Below, piece by piece: positions 28,455-32,000 of a DNA stretch of 32,000 nucleotides. The first letter of the stretch is position 1, and each line of letters starts with the position of its first letter. Made by a program: the position numbers and the translations under genes. Origin of the DNA: Breoghania sp. L-A4. Lineage in GTDB: Bacteria > Pseudomonadota > Alphaproteobacteria > Rhizobiales > Stappiaceae. The DNA lies in contig NZ_CP031841.1 of NCBI RefSeq assembly GCF_003432385.1, forward strand, positions 1,557,579 to 1,589,578, written 5' to 3'. A model generated the notes under the pieces. The model was not told the DNA's origin and made no database searches. It was given only the letters and a program-made list of their open reading frames with translations.

Positions 28455-29189
28455 ATGGCGGACCAGACCAAATGCGAACAGTGCCCCCTGCGCACGCTTG
28501 AGGTATTCCGCAAGCTTGATGACAAGCAACTCGGGTTCATCGCGCGCTTCAAGACCGGCGAGCTGATCGTCGAGCCGGGATCGACGATCCTGCTCGAGGA
28601 AAACAACAGCCCGCATCTCTACACGATCCTCGAGGGGTGGGCGTTTCGTCACAAGCAGCTTGAGGACGGCCGCCGCCAGATTCTCAATTTCGCGCTGCCG
28701 GGCGATCTTATCGGCCTGCAGGCGGCCATCCTCAGCGAGATGCAGCATTCCGTGACGGCCCTGACGCGTGCCACCCTGTGCGTGTTCCAGCGCGACAAGA
28801 TCTGGACCCTGTTCCAGGAGTTTCCCGAACTCAGCTTCTCCATGACCTGGCTCGCGGCGCGCGAGGAGCAGATGCTGGACGGTCACCTGCTGAGTCTTGG
28901 CCAGCGCACCGCCCTGGAGCGCACGGCTTACTACATCCTGCATCTGTACGACCGCGCCGAGGCGCTGGGGCTTGCGGGCAACAATGCGCTGTGCGCGCCT
29001 TTTGGCAAGGGGCACCTGGCGGAGGCCATGGGCATCACGCCGGTGCACGCCAGCCGCACGATCAAGAAGCTGCACGAGCGCGGACTCATCCGCTGGACGG
29101 ACGATACGATCCTGATCAGGGACCGCGACCGGCTGCAGGCGCTGGCCTCCTTCGAAAGCGATCCCACGATGCGGCGGCCAATGATCTGA
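28455..29189 (+). CDS. Crp/Fnr-family transcriptional regulator
   Basis: CEQCPLRTLEVFRKLDDKQLGFIARFKTGELIVEPGSTILLEENNSPHLYTILEGWAFRHKQLEDGRRQILNFALPGDLIGLQ...APFGKGHLAEAMGITPVHASRTIKKLHERGLIRW. Confidence 0.92.
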   Translation: MADQTKCEQCPLRTLEVFRKLDDKQLGFIARFKTGELIVEPGSTILLEENNSPHLYTILEGWAFRHKQLEDGRRQILNFALPGDLIGLQAAILSEMQHSVTALTRATLCVFQRDKIWTLFQEFPELSFSMTWLAAREEQMLDGHLLSLGQRTALERTAYYILHLYDRAEALGLAGNNALCAPFGKGHLAEAMGITPVHASRTIKKLHERGLIRWTDDTILIRDRDRLQALASFESDPTMRRPMI

Positions 29190-29374
29190 ACCGCGCCCGA
29201 GCGTGCTTCGGGCCCCGCGGCCCCGATTGTCGAAAAGTGCAAGTTCCGTCTTCCGCGCTTAACCAATGTTAAGGCGCGCCGGGAGGGGTGTGGCTATGCT
29301 CGGGCAGTGTTGAAAATTTATTCCCAACGATGTGCTGCGCCGCGCCGCCGGCCACATGGAGCTTCAAGTACACA

Positions 29375-29910
29375 ATGGCCGAGACGTTTTTTGTTGATGT
29401 CGACGGGGCGGATCCATTCCGCGATGATTGCGTCGTATTCCGGGATGCGCCTGTTTTGATTCCCAAGCCGATGGACGCCGAGTTCGTTGCAAATGACCCG
29501 CGTCCGTGCGCAGCCGGTGCGGGTAATGCGGATCTCGTTTCGGGGGCGGCGACGGCGGGCTTGTGCGCGCTGACGCCGTCGTGCTGCTGGTCGAGGACAA
29601 CATCATTTTCTCGCTCGACGCCGAGGATATGTTGCGGCGCCTCGGCGTCGCGGCCGTTGTGACATGCGATCAGGCCAAGGCCGCGATCGATGTGATCGAC
29701 AGTCAGGCGATCGACTTCGCCGTCCTCGACATCAACCTGGGCACGGAGACGTCCCTGCCGGTGGCGGAGCATCTGCGGGCGGCGCGCATTCCCTTCGTTT
29801 TCGTGAGTGATTTTGACGATCCGGCCGTGGTGCCGCCCGAATTCGGCGACGTTCCGGTGCTGGCAAAACCCTACACGATGGAAGGTCTGGGGCGGATCTT
29901 CTCTTTGTAG
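29375..29910 (+). CDS. Receiver-domain (response-regulator-like) protein, possibly with an N-terminal extension joined across a frameshift near 29542-29546
   Basis: ADAVVLLVEDNIIFSLDAEDMLRRLGVAAVVTCDQAKAAIDVIDSQAIDFAVLDINLGTETSLPVAEHLRAARIPFVFVSDFDD...VLAKPYTMEGL. The certain part is 29563..29910. Confidence 0.75.
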
Positions 29911-29966
29911 CGGCGGCTATGCGGTGATGAAGCCGTGCTGGCGCAACAAGCGGATGAACTCGACGC

Positions 29967-31157
29967 TCAGACCGTCCGGCGTGCCGGCGTCAGCGCCAGC
30001 GCGGCCGCGACGACAAGGGCTGCCGCGGCGCTCAGAGAGGGCAGCAGGAAACTGCCCGTCGCCTCGAAACCCAGCCCCGCGACGGTCGGACCGGCCATCT
30101 GGCCCAGTCCGAAGGCGGCGGTCATCAGCGCTAGCGCCGTCCGTGGATCGCCGCGCGAGAGGCTGCGCGCGTGCATCAGCCCCACCGCGGTGATGGCGAT
30201 AAACGTGCCGCCCAGCATCATCGCCGCCAGTACCACCACCCAGCCGCTGTCCGATGTCACCGACAGGGTGACGCCAAGGGTCTCCACCACGCAGGCCGCG
30301 GCGTAGGCGCGCTGGTTGCCGATCCGTTTGCCCAGCGCCACCCAGGCCGCGATCGACGGAATGCCTGCCAGTCCCACCGCGGTCCAGATCACCGGCTCGA
30401 CATCGCTCAGGGTGGGCGACAACCGCGCCAGCGTGTTGATGAAGGTGGCGGTGATGGAATAGCCGAAGCCGAACAGCCCGTAGGACACATACAGCGCCAC
30501 CAGACGCCGTCCCGCCGGCGCGCCGGGCTGGGCGGGGGCCGCGCCCGGGTCGGCGCCGCCGCCGATCAGCCGCGCGACCAGGGCAAGCAGAACCGCGGAG
30601 GCCACGCCGCTCGCAAACCACAGCTGCCGCCAGTCGGCGCCCGCGGCGTCCAGGGCGGCGACCAGCATCGCGGAGCCGGCAATGCCCGCGCCAACGCCGG
30701 CGAAATGCAGCGAGACGAGGCCTGGCCGTCCGGCCGCCGCCAGACGATCGAGCACCAGCGCGGTGGAGAACACCATCGCGTAGGCACTGGCCAGACCGCT
30801 CAGGAATCGCAGGATGATGAAGACGGACACATCGTCCGTCAGGCCCATGCCCGCGGTGGTGGCGGCCGACAGCGCCAGCGCCGACAGAAACAGCGTGCGC
30901 CGGCTCATCGGCAGCGCGTCGGTCAGCCGGGTCGAGGCGGCGGCCAGCGCGCCGATCAGGTAGGCGAGGAAATTGGCGGACGCGATGATTCCGCCCTGAG
31001 CCGGCGTCAGTCCGGCCTCGGCCACCATGAAGGGCAGGATCGGCGTGTAGACGAAGCGTCCGATGCCCATGCACGCGGCCATGGCGAGCAGCCCGCCGAG
31101 CGCGACGGGCAGGGTGGCCGATAGGGGCGAGGCTTGTGGCGGCGCGTATTGTGTCAT
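29967..31157 (-). CDS. MFS transporter (YbfB/YjiJ-like)
   Basis: LGGLLAMAACMGIGRFVYTPILPFMVAEAGLTPAQGGIIASANFLAYLIGALAAA...; repeated hydrophobic helices. Confidence 0.88.
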   Translation of the reverse strand: MTQYAPPQASPLSATLPVALGGLLAMAACMGIGRFVYTPILPFMVAEAGLTPAQGGIIASANFLAYLIGALAAASTRLTDALPMSRRTLFLSALALSAATTAGMGLTDDVSVFIILRFLSGLASAYAMVFSTALVLDRLAAAGRPGLVSLHFAGVGAGIAGSAMLVAALDAAGADWRQLWFASGVASAVLLALVARLIGGGADPGAAPAQPGAPAGRRLVALYVSYGLFGFGYSITATFINTLARLSPTLSDVEPVIWTAVGLAGIPSIAAWVALGKRIGNQRAYAAACVVETLGVTLSVTSDSGWVVVLAAMMLGGTFIAITAVGLMHARSLSRGDPRTALALMTAAFGLGQMAGPTVAGLGFEATGSFLLPSLSAAAALVVAAALALTPARRTV

Positions 31158-31367
31158 GGAAAGACAAGTAGCACGCCGCGCGGCGTCGCCAAGCGCAATC
31201 GGCGCACCGCCGATGTGCGCCGATCGGCAACCGTTTTCACCTCGCCTTAGGGTTCCTTGGTTCAAATACCGGCAGGAGACTGTCGTTTGCTCGCGTTACG
31301 CGCGGCGCAACGGCGATGGCCCGGGCGCCGGAAAGGCGGGGCCTGCGGGGATCCGGACAGGGGCGGG

Positions 31368-32000
31368 ATGCGAATGATTGAGAAGTTCGACCGGGCATGG
31401 ACCCTCGGCAATGCCTGTTGGAAGGCGCTGCTGCTGGACAAGGAAATGCTGCTGTTTCCGATCATGTCCACCGCGGCTCTCCTGCTGGCGATCGGCGGCA
31501 GTGTCGGCCCGCTCTGGGCCAGCGGCACGCTGGAGACGATCATGGAAGGGTTTCGGGCCAATCCGGACAGCGCCCAGGACCCCTGGGTGATGGCCGTGGC
31601 TTTCGGCTTCTATTTCGTCTGCTATTTTATCATGATCTTCTTCAACACCGCGCTGGTGACCTGCGCCATGATCCGGTTCGCCGGTGGCGATCCGACGGTC
31701 ATGGACGGCTTGCGCTCCTCGATGCGCAACCTGCACAAGATCTTCGCCTGGGCGCTGTTTGCGGCGAGCATCGGGTTCCTGCTCAATATGGTGGAGCAGC
31801 GGCTCAAGGGCGTCGGCAGGTTCATCGCCGGCCTGATGGGCGCGGCCTGGGCGATCGCCACCTATTTCGTCGTGCCCGTGCTGGTGCTTGAGGATGTCGG
31901 CCCGATCGGCGCCGTGCGGCGCTCGGTGGCCACCGTCCGCCAGACATGGGGCGAGTCGCTGATCGCCCATGCGGGTCTCTCGGCGCTGCAGTTCATCGGC
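31368..32000 (+). CDS. Multi-pass membrane protein (DUF6159-like), truncated by window end
   Basis: Translation from 31368: MRMIEKFDRAWTLGNACWKALLLDKEMLLFPIMSTAALLLAIGGSVGPLWASGTLETIMEG...FYFVCYFIMIFFNTALVTCAMIRFAGGDPTVMDGLRSSM; open to the window edge. Confidence 0.8.
   Translation, partial: MRMIEKFDRAWTLGNACWKALLLDKEMLLFPIMSTAALLLAIGGSVGPLWASGTLETIMEGFRANPDSAQDPWVMAVAFGFYFVCYFIMIFFNTALVTCAMIRFAGGDPTVMDGLRSSMRNLHKIFAWALFAASIGFLLNMVEQRLKGVGRFIAGLMGAAWAIATYFVVPVLVLEDVGPIGAVRRSVATVRQTWGESLIAHAGLSALQFIG

Noticed and set aside
27591-29075. 494-aa minus ORF opposite GNAT and Crp/Fnr genes
   Set aside because: Both plus-strand genes have recognisable domains. This ORF spans two genes and an intergenic hairpin.
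30171-31124. 317-aa plus ORF opposite the MFS transporter
   Set aside because: Antisense to a clear multi-helix transporter. Translation is Arg/Gln/His-rich.
1-32000. tRNA, rRNA or prophage genes
   Set aside because: No tRNA-like cloverleaf or rRNA segment was recognised by eye, and no phage structural genes. The Gp49-like toxin family name does not itself indicate a prophage. tRNAscan-SE and Infernal would be needed to exclude small RNAs.

Overview
This is a high-GC (about 65%) chromosomal window, most likely alphaproteobacterial (inference from protein families). It carries ordinary metabolic and regulatory genes plus one compact mobile-element cluster.

Main content: beta-helix secreted protein (partial), pyroglutamyl peptidase, meaB-like GTPase, EF-hand protein with a perfect 21-bp tandem repeat, IS481-type element, IS5-type element, a ~270-bp MITE-like element, lipoprotein, HerA-like ATPase (DUF853), DUF2267/DUF2780-like and helix-hairpin-helix proteins, LuxR-type regulator, methylmalonyl-CoA mutase small subunit (split by two frameshifts) and large subunit, two-domain outer-membrane beta-barrel protein, HigB/HigA-like toxin-antitoxin pair, phytanoyl-CoA dioxygenase, M20 peptidase (frameshifted), LOG family protein, haloacid dehalogenase, ArsR/SRPBCC pair, VOC protein, branched-chain aminotransferase, GNAT, Crp/Fnr regulator, receiver-domain protein, MFS transporter and a membrane protein cut by the window end.

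Most notable observations: (i) three adjacent mobile elements whose boundaries all fall on CTAG tetranucleotides, one of which lies in the stop codon of the neighbouring lipoprotein gene; (ii) apparent frameshifts in several unrelated genes, each at a G/C homopolymer; (iii) a diverged copy of the mutB 3' end stranded downstream of the outer-membrane protein gene; (iv) the tandem-repeat EF-hand protein.

I see no convincing evidence for a new defence system or other novel multi-gene system.
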